Below, in pieces: positions 24,108-38,296 of a stretch of DNA of 64,000 bases (position 1 is its first letter; the number at the start of each line of letters is the position of its first letter). The notes under the pieces were generated by a model. That model did no database searches. It was not told the DNA's origin and saw only the letters and a program-made list of their open reading frames with translations. A program made the translations under genes and the position numbers. This DNA is from Podarcis liolepis (taxonomy: Eukaryota), in assembly GCA_965112155.1 (NCBI GenBank), contig OZ218100.1; one strand, written 5' to 3'.

Positions 24108-24694
24108 GCAGGGATTAAATGTGGGGCTTTCTGAATGCAAACCATGAGCTCTCCATGTCAGCCCCAGCCCTGGTAATGAATGCTTAGGCCTCAACATTAC
24201 ATTTACAGCGTTCTTTTTCTGTTGTTGTGGCACTAAGTTGCTATGAAGCTTGCATTTACATTTTGCCATCTTCACTTGACATTGAAGCATTTGTCTCCAT
24301 CCATTTCCACTGCCATTAGCGCAAGAGTGATCCCTGGAGCAGCAAATGCTGCTCAGGTGAATGGGGGAAACTAGCACTAGCCATCAAAGGGATAAGCAAA
24401 TATTATGCAGAGTTTACACAAATTATGCAGATTAGGCACTGTGCTTCCAATGAGTGCCGTTGGAAAATAAGTCTGAAGGCATGTGCCTTTGACATTTGGA
24501 AACACAGGGGTTTCCCATTAGAATTCAGCACAGCAAACTCTCTGTTTGAAACCTGATTTGGTGCAGGATGCTTAGATTGTCCATCAAAAATGCAGTAACC
24601 AAGAAGGAGGTTACTGGCCACAATATCTATTTTTTGCCTCAACCGCCCGACGCATCATGCTGTCAGGTGGGCAGAGTGCTGTTGTGCTCATGCC

Positions 24695-24793
24695 CAGTTG
24701 CAGACTTCTCACAGGCATCTGGTTGACCACTGAGAACAGGATGCTGGACTAGGTGGGCCATTGGCCTGAATCAGCAAGCCCTTCTTATGTTCT
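24695..24793 (+). mobile_element. CR1-type 3' tail fragment
   Basis: GGATGCTGGACTAGGTGGGCCATTGGCCTGA...TTCTTATGTTCT terminus. Confidence 0.55.
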
Positions 24794-25021
24794 CAAGGAT
24801 CTGCATCTTGCAGTTTATCCCACTGATTGCTCAGGAGCTCCTGCAATGTGTCATTCCTTTGCCCCTAATGGATGCAGTCAGCCCAACATCAGAATCACGT
24901 TGCTGCCCAGCAGACTTGACAGAAGCTCAGGCTCAACAATACTGTTAGAATCAATAGGTGAATGTTCTGCACCCTGAACAAGAATGGGGTTCAGGAAAAC
25001 ATTCAGAGAATTAGTGAGTTT

Positions 25022-25304
25022 GAAGAAGAAGAAGAAGAAGAAGAAGAAGAAGAAGAAGAAGAGGAGGAGTTTGGATTTGATATCCCGCCTTTCACTCCCT
25101 TTAAGGAGTCTCAAAGCGGCTAACATTCTCCTTTCCCTTCCTCCCCCACAACAAACACTCTGTGAGGTGAGTGGGGCTGAGAGACTTCAGAGAAGTGTGA
25201 CTAGTCCAAGGTCACCCAGCAGCTGCATGTGGAGGAGCGGAGACACGAACCCGGTTTCCCAGATTACGTGACTACCGCTCTTAACCACTACACCACACTG
25301 GCTC
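25022..25304 (-). mobile_element. Squam3-like SINE with (CTT)n tail
   Basis: Reverse complement of the 7297-7608 family. Confidence 0.85.
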
Positions 25305-25769
25305 AAAGCTCACCCAGCCCAACCTCCTCCCAACACAAAATCCAATGCAACCTCATATCTGATAGGTGGCTGTCCTCTAACTTCTAACAAACAGAGTCCA
25401 TCACCCTCTGAGGCAGTCTATTCCTTTGTCGATGAGCCTGCACCCTGGAGAAGTTCAGCTGGTTAGGCTGCAACTTTAGGAGACGTTTTATTGATACGTT
25501 TCTCATGAAAAATGCATCTGTTACATGAGAGTTTGGTTACTGAAAATTGCTGTAGCAGGTCATCACTTGTAGAGGCATATTATCACCTCTGCAAGGTATC
25601 AGCACTCAGTGAATGACAGGCAGGTGGAACTTCTGAGTCATGAGAACCCTGTTAAAAGGAATTTGCCTTGAGCAAGATGAGCTGCTTAAGGCTGCAACCC
25701 TAAGCATCCCACATGCCCTAGGGGCAGCGCCAAGCAGCAGGATGCAGGCAAAATCCTACCCACACAGGA

Positions 25770-26010
25770 AACACAGAGCCTGATCAACAGGTGGATGGGG
25801 ATGTTGTCAATGCACAAGGAAAGAGAGGAGGAGTAAGGATGAAAAATGAGAAGTTTAGTCTTGGACACACTAAGCTTAAGGCAATGACAATGCATCTAAG
25901 TGGAGAATTTGATGTGTGATTGGATGGCAGGAGAAAGTTCTGGGGTGGAGAGGTAGAACTGGGCATCATTAGAGTAAAGGTGATGCTGAAATATATAACA
26001 GGCACACTAT
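25770..26010 (-). mobile_element. Decayed L2 RT fragment
   Basis: Minus strand ACTAATGATGCCCAGTTCTACCTCTCC (ADDTQLYLS-like) and LKLSVSKTKLLIF. Confidence 0.6.
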
Positions 26011-26972
26011 GTGGCATCAGGTGCAGGGCAGCTTAAGCTGCAGCTGCATAGGAACAATCGGGAGCCTTAAAGTGCACTCTTGATCGTTCCTCTGCAACTG
26101 GTCTTGCATTTGGCACCTTTTGAATTTGGCACCAACTGGCTAGATTTGGCTCTAGCCACAAACTCCTGATTGGAGTTCACGTGTGGAGCCAATCTGTGCA
26201 AACCACCTGGCCAAAAGAACTTTATTTTCTGCTGCATGCTGGTCTGCAGAGGGAAAATGCTTAGCCTGACATCATGGTGATGTCAGGTGACTGACAGGTT
26301 GGTGCCTGTCAAAGCTGACCCCTGGGGGGAGCAACAGGGCCAGATGCCGGTCACTATCCCTGACATGTATAGGGAATTGTACAGGGCCCTGAAAGACCCT
26401 GAGAGGGACAGACTCTGCAAACACACTGAAAGATCAGTTAGATAGCTGTGAAGATAATCAGCTGATGGATGAAGTTTTGTGACTCTTCTGGCACAACTAC
26501 GTGTGGCATATTAGTGGCATGATAGTGCTGAGTAATGCATCCTATCAGCACAAAGATTTCCACTTGTGCAGCAAAACTTCTCCAACCCTTTCCTGCCCCT
26601 GCGTGCCTTCTAGGGGTTCCCTCAATCCTCTGGAGCAGATTTGGGGCATGTGCAGGGGGAGGAAAGGGGGAAGTCCTGTTGTGTAAACAGAAATCCTTGC
26701 ACTGAAGGAACACATTGGTTGGCTACAGTCCACGTTCTTCACAAACAGATCCACCACACACGTGCCTTTTGCATTGTGACTCAGTAACACTGAATACATT
26801 AGTGATACATTAGATCAAAACTCAAACTGGTATAAGGAAAGCTAGACCAGAAGGCACATCCTTTCTAGGGTTACCTGATCCTAAGAGTTCATCTTTAAGG
26901 AGAGGTGTGGTATTATTGTGTGAAAAAAGAGTAGATAATGTCAGACCAGAAGAGGGGGAATCTTTCTTAAGC

Positions 26973-26974
<2 letters not shown>

Positions 26975-27020
<46 letters not shown>
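26975..27020. repeat. (GA)n microsatellite
   Basis: Directly visible. Confidence 0.95.
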
Positions 27021-27023
<3 letters not shown>

Positions 27024-28309
27024 GAGCACATCCATTGTCTTCCGCATTGTTGTTCATTTTTATCCTAATTGTACAACTTCAAATGAAAAGAGCAGAAGAA
27101 AGAAGCGTTATTGATGATGCAAGGTAAGTGCCTTGTGGAAATAATTCTTATAGATTTATATGTTGTCTCTCTATATATCCAACAGCGACCTGGGGGTTAC
27201 GGAGCAATATATGGCAGCACTGAAAACAATCTACAAAGCTGCATTTCTTGATCTATTTGTGTTCCGCCCAGATTAGAGTACAGCACGGCAGGCGAAGCCA
27301 CGACTGCTAAGCTTCCATGACTGCTATACGGTATTGCAGGAATGTAATTGCAGGAGGAGAAACTTCTATGATAAGAACCCTCTGCTATTTGCCCCAATAC
27401 AGAATGAATCCAATTATCCCTTAATCACAATAAAGAGCGTGTCCAAAAACACAAAACCAAAAAAGGAAAGCTCTTCACAGAAGAACCAGACTGCTTTCAT
27501 GTTGATTTGATTTTTTTTTAAGTAGGAGGGAGGAAAGGAACCAAGAAAGAGAAGTCCCACAAGCCGTGCCTTGAGGACATTAACACTGTGTTTGCTGTAA
27601 CACTTCTTGACCTCTTAAAAGCCACCCAGCCAACATAGGGGAGTCAAAATGTGTGTAGCCAGATGTAAGGGTGTGGGGAGGAAGGTTCGTACTACTACCC
27701 CCAATCCAACTGTACAAGGTAGACTAGAACTGATGACAGGAAGTTAAGCTGTTGTCTTGGCACGGGACACTTCCATGCACATTGGGAGGAGATCTTAAAC
27801 CTTTTTCTTCATGTTTGCAAGTGGAATCAAAGGTTTACCTTAATTTCAGACTATCGGTCCATATAGCTCAGTAATGTCTACACTGACTGGCAGTAACTCA
27901 TGAGGGTTTTATCCAAGGAGCTGTAGTTTAGCCCCTCAAAGAGCTACAATTCCCTTCACCCTTAATAGACTATGGTTCCCAGGATTCTTTGGTGGGGTGT
28001 TTTAAATGTGTTTTTCAAAGTAACGTGCATATGCAGTCCAAAGCAAAGACCAACAGGTGCCTGTCTAATCACCAAGCAGATAGAGTTCCACGATACTGGT
28101 GCAACCACAATGAAGGCCTTGTTGTTGGTGACCACATGCCAAACATGTGACACTGCCAGTAAGGATTTATCTGCTGACTGTGGAGATCTGGACAGGCATC
28201 TAGGGTGGCAAGTCAGCCTCTAATTTTTTAAAACAAATAAACAGCAAACAAACAAACTATACGTAGTAAGGGAAACATGGGGTTCCCAGACTTATTTCCC
28301 CCTCATAGC

Positions 28310-28446
28310 CATTTCTTTTTTTCCAGCCAGAACTCACTGGAACTCAATTCTAGCACTTCTCGGGTGGGCGCCATTGGCATTCTAAAACTATGAGGGAGGC
28401 ATTCACGGTGAGTTCTGGTACCTCTTTTTATAGAAAAACAGCACTG
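28310..28446. mobile_element. hAT MITE
   Basis: TSD CTCATAGC / CTCATAAC; ends AAACAGCACTG; inverted relative at 56891. Confidence 0.7.
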
Positions 28447-28687
28447 CTCATAACACTAATTTGAGAGGAGGAGAAGGGCTGACTGAATCCTCATTCATTC
28501 AAATGGGCCTTTTCTGCATTAGCTCTAACCCATGGAATGGTCTCCTCAAAGAGGCCCACCTGGCACAAACTTTGTCATCAGTTCAGCACCAGGGAAATAT
28601 ATTTTTGTTTTCCCAGGTCTTTGGACGTCATCAATGATTAGATAATTTTACTCTGTGTTTTCAATATGACTGTGTGTTCTTCTGATA

Positions 28688-28928
28688 CAGTGGTACCTCG
28701 GGTTACATACGCTTCAAGTTCCATATGCTTCAGGTTACAACTCCGCTAACCCAGAAATAATACCTCGGGTTAAGTACTTTGCTTCAGGATGAGAACAGAA
28801 ATTGTGCTCCGGCGGCGCAGCAGCAGCAGGAGGCCCCATTAGCTAAAGTGGTGCTTCAGGTTAAGAACAGTTTCAGGTTAAGAACGGACCCCCGGAACGA
28901 ATTAAGTACTTAACCCGAGGTACCACTG
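28688..28928. mobile_element. Tigger-like MITE family A, complete
   Basis: TA TSD; perfect TIR CAGTGGTACCTCGGGTTA. Confidence 0.92.
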
Positions 28929-29844
28929 TATTCTTAACGGTATTCTATTCCTGTTGTAAATTGATCCTGGACTGTGGTTGTGGGAAGAGCTACATACATT
29001 CAATACACCTAAACCTTACCATGGAAGGCTTTGAATGTTAGATATTAATTGACAGTTCAGGTCAGCATTTCGTTCTGGGCATCACTTGATTTCTATGGGA
29101 TGAAGGGGGAATTACTGAACAAACTACCTACTTATTCTTCCCTACATAAAGCTACAGGGACCCTGTGTCTTTCCCCCTGTGGGTGGAAAAGCAACTTATG
29201 GGCCGTGCTGACAAATGGCAGGATCAGGAAGGTTAAGCAGCCCCTCTTCTTGTCTCTCTCTCTGCCTCTGAGGTGCCCTTGCTTTTAAAACAAAACTGTT
29301 AGGGGAAAAGAGTCACCAAATGCAGTCGTGTGTAGATTGAACTGTGAATGCATAAATGTACTATATAAATTCTAAGCATTATAATAATAGTTATTATTAT
29401 TATACTAATTACTCACGAGGAAAAAGTGCTTGGAATTTGAAAATATATAGAAAATAATTGAAGATCATTCTGGCGAAAGAGTGTACGTCCAAACTCTCTC
29501 ACACACATTATTGAATCTGACACTGACATACTTTCCTTGATAATACAGAATAGGGTATATCTTCCTTCCTTCTTGAGGCTAGATTGGAAAGAGTGACCTC
29601 TGCTTGCTGATAGCAATCCAGTTGGTAATGGAAAGCTCACTCCACAGAAATCGAGTGACTCCCCAGGTCAATACGCTGACCTGAACTGTCCGGATAGGAT
29701 GCAAGGGATACCTGGCACTCAGACTATCCAGTTACTGAAGATTTTCAGTATCCATTTCTATCTACTCAAGCACAAACTGTGCTGTTTTTATATAAAAACA
29801 CAGCCTTATGGGGGGGGGACCTTTAAAATGAACCGATTTACTGC

Positions 29845-29884
29845 GGCATACACCTTTGTGAACTAAAACCCGCTTCATCAGGGG
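29845..29884 (-). other. Decayed PLE hammerhead remnant
   Basis: Minus strand CCCCTGATGAAGCGGGTTTTAGTTCACAAAGGTGTATGCC: CUGAUGA intact, GAAA and UH mutated. Confidence 0.45.
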
Positions 29885-30224
29885 CAAAGGTTGTTATCAT
29901 TAATTGGCATGTATGTGTCCCCACATATACCCACACTTGGGTATAGAGGGGGGAACTGTAAGCAGTGGGACCTAATGGACTCTAAATGTAGCAATATGCT
30001 TTTGTTCTCAGAATGTTAGCTAAATGTAGCAAAATGATATGGATCTGGATGCCAGAGGCACAGATACCAGAAATGGTTGCAAAGAGGTGATTAATTTCAA
30101 AAATCATGCTCCTAAAAGAACTTTCACATAGTATGATCCAAAATTGAAGCTTCGTTCCACTCCCTAGCTAATCAACACCCAATACAATACACCACTTTTC
30201 AGCTGAACAGGCAGAGAGCATGGT

Positions 30225-30561
30225 CAGTGCTTTTTTTCTGGGGGCACGCAGGGGTACACATACCCCTAAATATTTTGTGAAAAAACGGAAAAAAAGTTTT
30301 TTTACAGTTTATTTTCTAGCATGGTGAATCATCAGTTCCGTTGCTACCCCCAATGGCGGCCTCATTTCCTGTCACAGTCTTTCTTGAGTCTCAGGTGGAA
30401 GCGGGCGTTTAATGTGTGAAGTAGGAGCTGGAATCTAGCATGGTGATTGGTCAGTTTCCTTGTTACCACCTCCAATGGCAGCTTCGTTTCCTTTCCTGGT
30501 GATTTTCTTGAGTCAAAATGAGAGTACCCCCTAAATTTTTTTTTAGGGGGGAAAAGCACTG
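30225..30561. mobile_element. hAT MITE, longer relative of 19898-20052
   Basis: TIR CAGTGCTTTT; TSD AGCATGGT / AGCATGGC; subterminal sequence shared with the 19898 element in inverted orientation. Confidence 0.85.
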
Positions 30562-33500
30562 AGCATGGCCAACGGTCAGGGAGGAAGGGCAGTCTAGCAT
30601 CCATTGTGTGGGGAAACCCCTTCTTTTTCCTCATAAGGAGAAACAACTAGAAGAGTCTATCCATTTTGAGATAGATTTATAGACCCTCCTTTTTCCTAGA
30701 CCCACAAAGTCATTGTAAAAAAGCACAGGAGAAAGAACTGTCTCTGCTAAGAAAACCTAACAATTTCATTATAAACCAAGGGGGCAAAAGGAGAGGTGAC
30801 TTGTCCAAGATCACCAATTAACAGGTATGGCAGGAATAGAAACCACGTCTCTTGTTTTCTTGTCCAGTGCATCTTCCCATGGTGCTTTGCCTCTCCGTGG
30901 ACTTGGGCCCTTGGGAATATTGCGCTTCCCTCAGATTCTTGACACGGGCACTTTGGTATTGTAATAGGAGAAAGCCTAAAATAGTGCAAAATGTCAGCCC
31001 GTTCTTTTAATATAATTGGGATCTTTCTTGAAGAGAATAGCACAAATATTGCTCTGTATTGCTTGGAGTTTTCCCCCCTTTTCTTTTCTTTTCCAGGGCT
31101 GTTGTTTTTCTGAATTAGGAAATAAATCAGGGGAGATCATAGTAAGCCTGTAATACCCTGCTCAGCACTATGGAACACATCTTACAGCGATGAAACACAA
31201 ACCTCTAGGCAGGAAGATAAGATACCAAAAATGAAAATTTGCTGAATATCATCAGAAACCACATACCCTTGAGAAATCTCCAAATCCAAGAACCATAAAC
31301 AACTTGTTAAGACATACAATTACTGAATAGTCCTAGCAGCAAGTGCTTCCCTTGATGAAACGAAGAAAGCAAGGCAGCAATAAAAAATCAAGCCCACGAA
31401 GCAAGTAGACCCAGAAGGTTATTTTAGTTATTTTAGAGAGGGGGAAGAGACTGGTGGAAATAAGGACATGCTTCTAGCACTTCAGCTCTCATGCCAAGGA
31501 TCACGGCTCAAGCTTCCCTCCCCAGTATTACAAATTGCTACGGTTCTACTCGGCCCCTCTGCTGTATTCATTTATTCTGCAATAGGCTGTGCTCTATTGA
31601 TGTAAAAGCCGAATACAATTGTATTTGTTGTCAAACGATGTGCCAGAAAGAAACGTAAATTGGCTTACAATGGCCTGCTTCAGACATAGTCCTCCCGATT
31701 GTCAAACCATTATTTAGTGGTTGGAAGTGCCCAATAGGAACACAGGCTGATCCACTCCTCCCCTGCCCACAAGCAAAGTTGCTGCAAACTATAGTTAGGT
31801 CTTAACCCAGAGGTAGAAACCAGACATGAGATCTAATTTTCAGATTGGATTTTCAGATTGGAAAGCAAAGTTTGGTCTGCAGTAACTTTAGTTGCTCTGG
31901 TTCTGTTGTAAACCATAGTTATGGCTAGCTAAGAAATGCTGGGGGTGGGGAGAGGGTTGATGTGGGCCGGGGAGCCGGAACTGGCTGGGTTTCCACTGAG
32001 AACTCACATATTGTGCACCTGGTTTTCTTGTGCGTTTTTAACTATTGACATCCTCTTTGCTTTCAAGATGTTGAAAGTCAAGCTATTGCCAGGTACATTC
32101 ATTGGTCACATGGCACATGGAAAAGAGCCTCCAGCAGTACACAGTGGTGGGACTGGGGGTCACAGGAAGGGATCCTCAGTGTGAAGAGCCTCTCTGTTCT
32201 CAGCTGTGAAATCTCAGAGGTATGGAAAGCATTTTAGCACACTTTCAACTAAAGCGAAGTGCTTTTATTCCTAATCCTAATTCACTTGTCTAATGGGGAC
32301 GACCACTTAAAAAAATAAATCTGGAATTATATCTCACCTTTGGTGTCATTGGGTTGAACCCAATAGTAGCTTTGAACTACGGGAAAGCTCTTCCGCTAGC
32401 ACAATGCAAGGCATCCAATTTTTTACTGATCCCTCCTACCTCCTGCAGCCCTCTATGACTCCCCCCCCCCAAGTTGCTATGGGGGGTTGGAGAGCATTCT
32501 AGAACAGCATGGGATATGATGGTAAGTAAGGGTGGTGGTGGTGAAAATCAGGTATCCTGTTTTGCATGAGCAGAAACTACTTATATTAGTATATTGAATT
32601 TAACCCTAACTTAGCTATGTTTGAATGGATACATGTAACTGCTGTGTTTCTGGTACATGGGAGAGTCTAAAATTCAAGCTCAGTTACTGCTTTGGGTCAG
32701 AAGTGAAGGTTTTTGTACCAGATTTATTTTAGTCCATTGCTGATTATGCCATTAACAACAGAAAATAAGATTCACTCTGTGTGGCATCTTAGCCAGCACT
32801 ATTTTGCTCAAACCCCTGTCATTAAGTGCCTCACTTTTTAAGCCTTTAATTTACTCAGGTAATTATTTAAAGAAAATGGAGTATCAAGCTAAGAATCTTT
32901 TAAAGACAGTTTACACAGAATTCTATATAGTCAGCCATGTAACCAGTCAGGAGGGAAATAACATGTTATACAAGAACAGAATACAATAAAAGTGATGGGC
33001 AGATTGAATCCTTTGGTATCTGACTACCCGTTACACAGAAACAAAGCCTGTGTAATACTACAGTGATACCTATGTCCTAAAGTGTTGTGCTTGTTGACAA
33101 TGGGGATGAAATCAAACTGCTGCATTAGCAGCACTGAAATGACCTCACTGGGGCACAAACCTGGGCCACTGCTGCCCAGCTATAGATACACACACACAGT
33201 TGTCAATGGTGTCCAAACATTTTTTGTGGTGGGGATTGATATTGTTCCACATCGCCAGACCTCACAGGAAAACCAACTGGCTCACTTGTAGAACTCATTC
33301 CCAAGTTTGATCATTGTGAAATTCTCCACCATCTCTACTTCTTAATAATTATGATTTCATTGTAAACATAGAAAGGAAGCTCAGAATAGGTTAAAATGCT
33401 TTTCTGGCTTACCACATTCCACTTACAGTTCTGGTGGAAACCTGAGATTTCCCCATCTGCATTCTAATGAGGCACAATTCTCAATAGGCTTTAGTATGAC

Positions 33501-35212
33501 TGATCTTGTTATTGCTCAGCTTTGAGAGGCCTGTCACCTTATCATCTTAAACAATTACTAAACTGTCCACCAAACAGAGGTAGACAAACCTATGACGGGT
33601 TGCCTACAGGCCATTGATACCTGGCTTTTATTTAAAGTAAGCATGAGAACTCACTTCTTAAGAGCCATGGAAATGAAGGCTATTGGTCAGATCAGATCAG
33701 ATTAACTCATCACAAGTATTCTTCTGTAAAACTAATGAAATCATAAAGCTGCAATAGATGCAGAATTGACCAATTCACCTTCAAAGTGAATAATGTAGGA
33801 CAGGAAAGTATGGGTGTCATCTCAGAAAGGGAGTGAGGACTGAGATGAAAAACTAAAAATGGAAGAGGGCAGAAATGCACAGCTGGTGTTCTCGCTTAAT
33901 CAGGTGGCAAAATCTAATAAAGCTTTGATGTGTGTTATTGAACTACTGGAAACCAAAACACCAGCGTAGAATATTAGGCTGCTGAATCCTACTGTCTCAC
34001 TATAAGAAGAAAAACCAAACAGCAATCTTGTAAACAGAACCTGAGTTCCAGAGACACAAAATTTAATACAGAAGATCACTTTGCAGTGTGTGTGCATGTG
34101 ATATATATTACAGTGCAGGCCCAAAATGTGAAGGTCAAACCTAGGGTTGGCCCTGCTGGCTTATCCGTACAGTCACAACCTTGCTGCTTTAATAGGGAAT
34201 GCATGTTAATAAACAGTAGGTGCATGTATGGGCAGTTAGTTTGTACCGTTGTGGCACCTCAGTATGATCCATTTTGGACCGATATGGCACCAGAATGGAA
34301 TTAAATGATGACTGCATGTGGAATGCACAGGTCGACTCTATCTGACTCATTTCACAACCATTCTGTAGCATGCCCTTACCTTTTTTCCCCAGCATTTTGC
34401 AAAATTTTCAGCACTTGCCTAATATTATTTCCCACCGATCACTCCCACCATACTGATCTTTTTCTGTGTGTGTCTGGTTTTAAAAATTACACTTTATAAA
34501 GAAATCCCATAAGGACGTACGGTACATCCTCTGTTCACCGGTGACCTTTCCAATTTATAACTTCATGGCAGAAGTATTCGTATCTGATCCTCAAAACCTT
34601 GAAACTAGAAAGTGTTGGTAACAGCCGATGCCGGCACTTGGGAATGGAGCTTGGGCCTGCTGCTTAGCATGCCATACAATCTCAATTAGGTGTGACAGCT
34701 CAGACTTTCTTTAATGAGATGATGCTCCATTTGATGTGATTGTCACATAATTGACAAGGCATATCTCACTTGATTTTTATCTCTGAGATAGCTCCTTATG
34801 GGAGCCAGTAATATAGCAAAATATCACCCCCTCTCTTCTTTCTCTTCACGCAAATGTCTTGATATGCATTATATTTCCTTCTTTCAACCCACCTTCCTTG
34901 CATGCATTAAATCACACACTCACCTTCAAGACAGTATCTAAAGCTGGTCAAAGCAAGGTATACCAAACCCAAAGTTTTGTGCAAATGTCTTCTTCAGATT
35001 TTGAGAGATGAATTTCTTTGCAAAAGATTCATTTCTGAGAAACATGCAGAAGGAGTAGATCTGTTCAGCCTTCCGTCCCAACATGGTCCACCACCAAATC
35101 CAGCTGCCACTCCTTTCATACACACCTCTGGCCTGGCAAGAATGGAGCAAGCTGGCTATTATTAGTAGGATTATTTTGGTTTAGAAAGCCTCCTGATCCC
35201 CAAAAATATATA

Positions 35213-35420
35213 AGTGGTACCTCGGGTTACATACGCTTCAGGTTACAGACTCTGCTAACCCAGAAATAGTACCTCGGGTTAAGAACTTTGCTTCAGGATG
35301 AGAACAGAAATCGTGCTCCGGCAGCGCGGCAGCAGCAGGAGGCCCCATTAGCTAAAGTGGTGCTTCAGGTTAAGAACGGACCTCTGGAACGAATTAAGTA
35401 CTTAACCCGAGGTACCACTG
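35213..35420. mobile_element. Tigger-like MITE family A
   Basis: Closely similar to 28688-28928; first C of the TIR missing; short internal deletions. Confidence 0.9.
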
Positions 35421-37480
35421 TATAGCCTTTATGATGTACAGCAGGGTTGGGGAACCCCCCACCCCACCCCTGCCACTGAGGTTGTGCAGCTGCAGCAGCT
35501 GCTTCCAGCGGGTGCTCGTGAGATCTCATGGCACTCTCGCGAGATTTCGCTGGAAACCACAGCTGCTGCAGCCATACATACCCAGCAAGCCAGGCTTTGG
35601 TGAGGATGGAGTGGCACCTTCTTCTTTTGCTTCATGAAATGGGATGGGCCACCAACGTTTTCCACTCAGTACTTACCCATCTGTGTTGAGATAATAGAAA
35701 GCACTCTATGCTTCATCTTACAATACCATAATATCACTTGGCACTGGTATATCTAAGCACCAGAACAAACCAAGGACAGGCCAGAAGTTTAAATGCTTCC
35801 CACTTAAACACTGTTTTAAAAAAGTGTTAAATTCCATTTCTACAAAAAAGGGGACATTCACAATAATTTAAGCTACAGTTCACCTATACATTAGGCAAGG
35901 GTACATAGTGTATGAAAATGTCACACAGAGGACAGTTCGATGTCACAGGACTCACATGCAAATGGAATAAAGCTTTCATATACTATGTGCTCCATATAAA
36001 TGCAGACACAGCATAGTACTCCAGCATGCCTCAGTCCATCAGAAAACCTCATCAAAAAAATTCAAAAAAAAAGTCACATTTGATGCGCACTGTAAACACA
36101 TAACTGGCAGAAATTTAATGCTGTTATTGTGGTTAAATGTATATCCGATCTCTTTCCATCAAGGAGCTCAAGGTAGAATATGCAGTTTATTATCATTAAT
36201 AAAATTATCATTTGCAATGCATCCGGGGGGGGGGGATATTTGTATATAAATAAGACAGAGATCAGAAACATATAATAAATCCTGAATTCAGAAGAAGCAC
36301 ATTTGCCTTATGACCTGTATAAACAGTCAATGAAAATATGCTCGTACCTTCCATGATTAGCAAGCAGATGTCTTTTAATATATTTTGTGTATCCTCTCTA
36401 TCCCTGTCAAAGGAGAAATTGTTTTGAAGTCAACATTAGAGCCCAACCCCCGCTTTCTAAAGCAGCTCCTTCAATTGATCCTTCACATATCAGTATCACT
36501 CAGTAGGTGGCTAAACTCTAAAAGGTTTGGGCAGAAGTTAATATCAAACTATTCAGACTTCAAGGTCCTCTCCATCACCTCCCAACCGACATCTATCCAA
36601 GTCAGAATGTGCAGTGTGTCACAATTCAAGTTAAGGGATTGGTAGCAAATGCCACTTATCCTTTGAAGGAACCGGCATGTGTGAGCTTTATAATGAAAGG
36701 AAACAGCAGAAAGAAAACCCTCTGCAAAGAACTGTGTTTGGGGTTTGTTTGTGTTTGGAGAGGAGGGGAGGGAGATTTGCTTGGAATATGGGGTGTTAAG
36801 CTAAATAAAATCAGAGAGTTGAAGGGAGCCTTGCATGGCACTTGGGATGGGCATTTTGCTTTTTTTTATAATATTTATTGCTTTTACAACAATTTAAACA
36901 CTTACAAAAGAAAAAAACAAAAAAATACATTATAATACAAAAACACTACATAAAAATTAACAAAACAAAGCAAAAACACTTTAAAAACACATCAAAAGAA
37001 AAAAGAAAAAGAAAAGAAAAAAGAAAAAACTTCCAATATCTTATCTTTCTTTCCCATATTTCCACGGCCTCCTCACACCTCCCTTTTTGTATTCCACTTC
37101 TATTAATTATTTCAGCAATTCCTTACCATCTTCCCCTGTTTTCTATCCTATAATTATCTTAACATCTTTTAACCTTATTTTCCTTTAATACTCTATTAAT
37201 CTATTTATACTTAATTCCTTATTACATTTCTACTGAAGCTGTATAATTTCATTCCAACATTCTTCTAACATTCATTAATTTTACAATATTTCTATAAATA
37301 GTCTTTAAACTTTTCCCAGTCTTCTTCCACCGACTCTTCTCCCTGGTCTCAGATCTTGCCAGTCTTTTCCGCCAATTCCGTCTAGTCCATCAACTTCATC
37401 TGCCATTATCCAACACTTCAGTGCTTTTAAGAGACAACCATTCTCTCAGCCAGCAAAAAGCAGATGATTCACAACAAAGT

Positions 37481-38296
37481 TTAAGTGTCTGGCAGGGCAG
37501 GTCCACCTCCTTCTTTAGCATCCATCAATATCTTAAGTTTTACTCGAGGCTTCCTGCCCTGCCAAACCAATCCAGAAACATCCCTCTGCCACCTCCTGAA
37601 ACAATCCCTCCCATCCAAAACTTGCACTTTTTGACACAAAAGCAACATCCCCGGCAACACAGCAACCCTCATCCCCACCACAACAGCTCGGCCCAACCAT
37701 AACAACTTCAGATTTGTCCATATTTCCCAATCCCCCTTCTCTTCAATCCAACGTCCTTCACAGTTGCCCTTAAGTAAATTCACATTTTTGGCGGTCCTAC
37801 TGACCCCCAAAAATCTCTCTTTCTCAGCCGATGTTGATCCTGTCTCCTCCTGAAGCTCTGTCAAACTTTCCTTTCCCAGTTCTGGTGGGGTTCTGATCCT
37901 CAAATTCATCTGTTTTTCTTTAAGCTCCATCATAGCAAATATCAGCCTATGTTCGTCAAGTTGCTTTTGAATGTATGGGGCTCTCTCACACTCCAATTGT
38001 GTTGTTTTACATTCAGCAGCAAAGGTTTTCTCCCTGACTTCATCCGCAGTTTGCCGTATTAAAGTAGATTCCTGTGTCAATTTCTGGATGGTTTCTGTGT
38101 TGGTGTTCACCTTTTGTCCCAGATTATTTAAACTTTCTACAATTAAATCAATTTTATTATTTGCAGCGTCCGCTTTCACATTCATCACTTCTGTTTTCTT
38201 GTGAAGCTGTTCCAGCGAGTCATTTATTTTCAATAATGCGACCACTCAGGCCTCTCCTGTTGACATTTCATCTGTTCTTTCCTTTCCATTTGCCAT
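37481..38296 (-). pseudogene. L1 ORF1p-like (coiled coil and start of RRM)
   Basis: ATG at 38296 in frame with track ORF 38245 via one TGA; heptad-rich region then LKEKQMNLRIRTPPEL (NLRIxGxPE-like). Confidence 0.7.
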
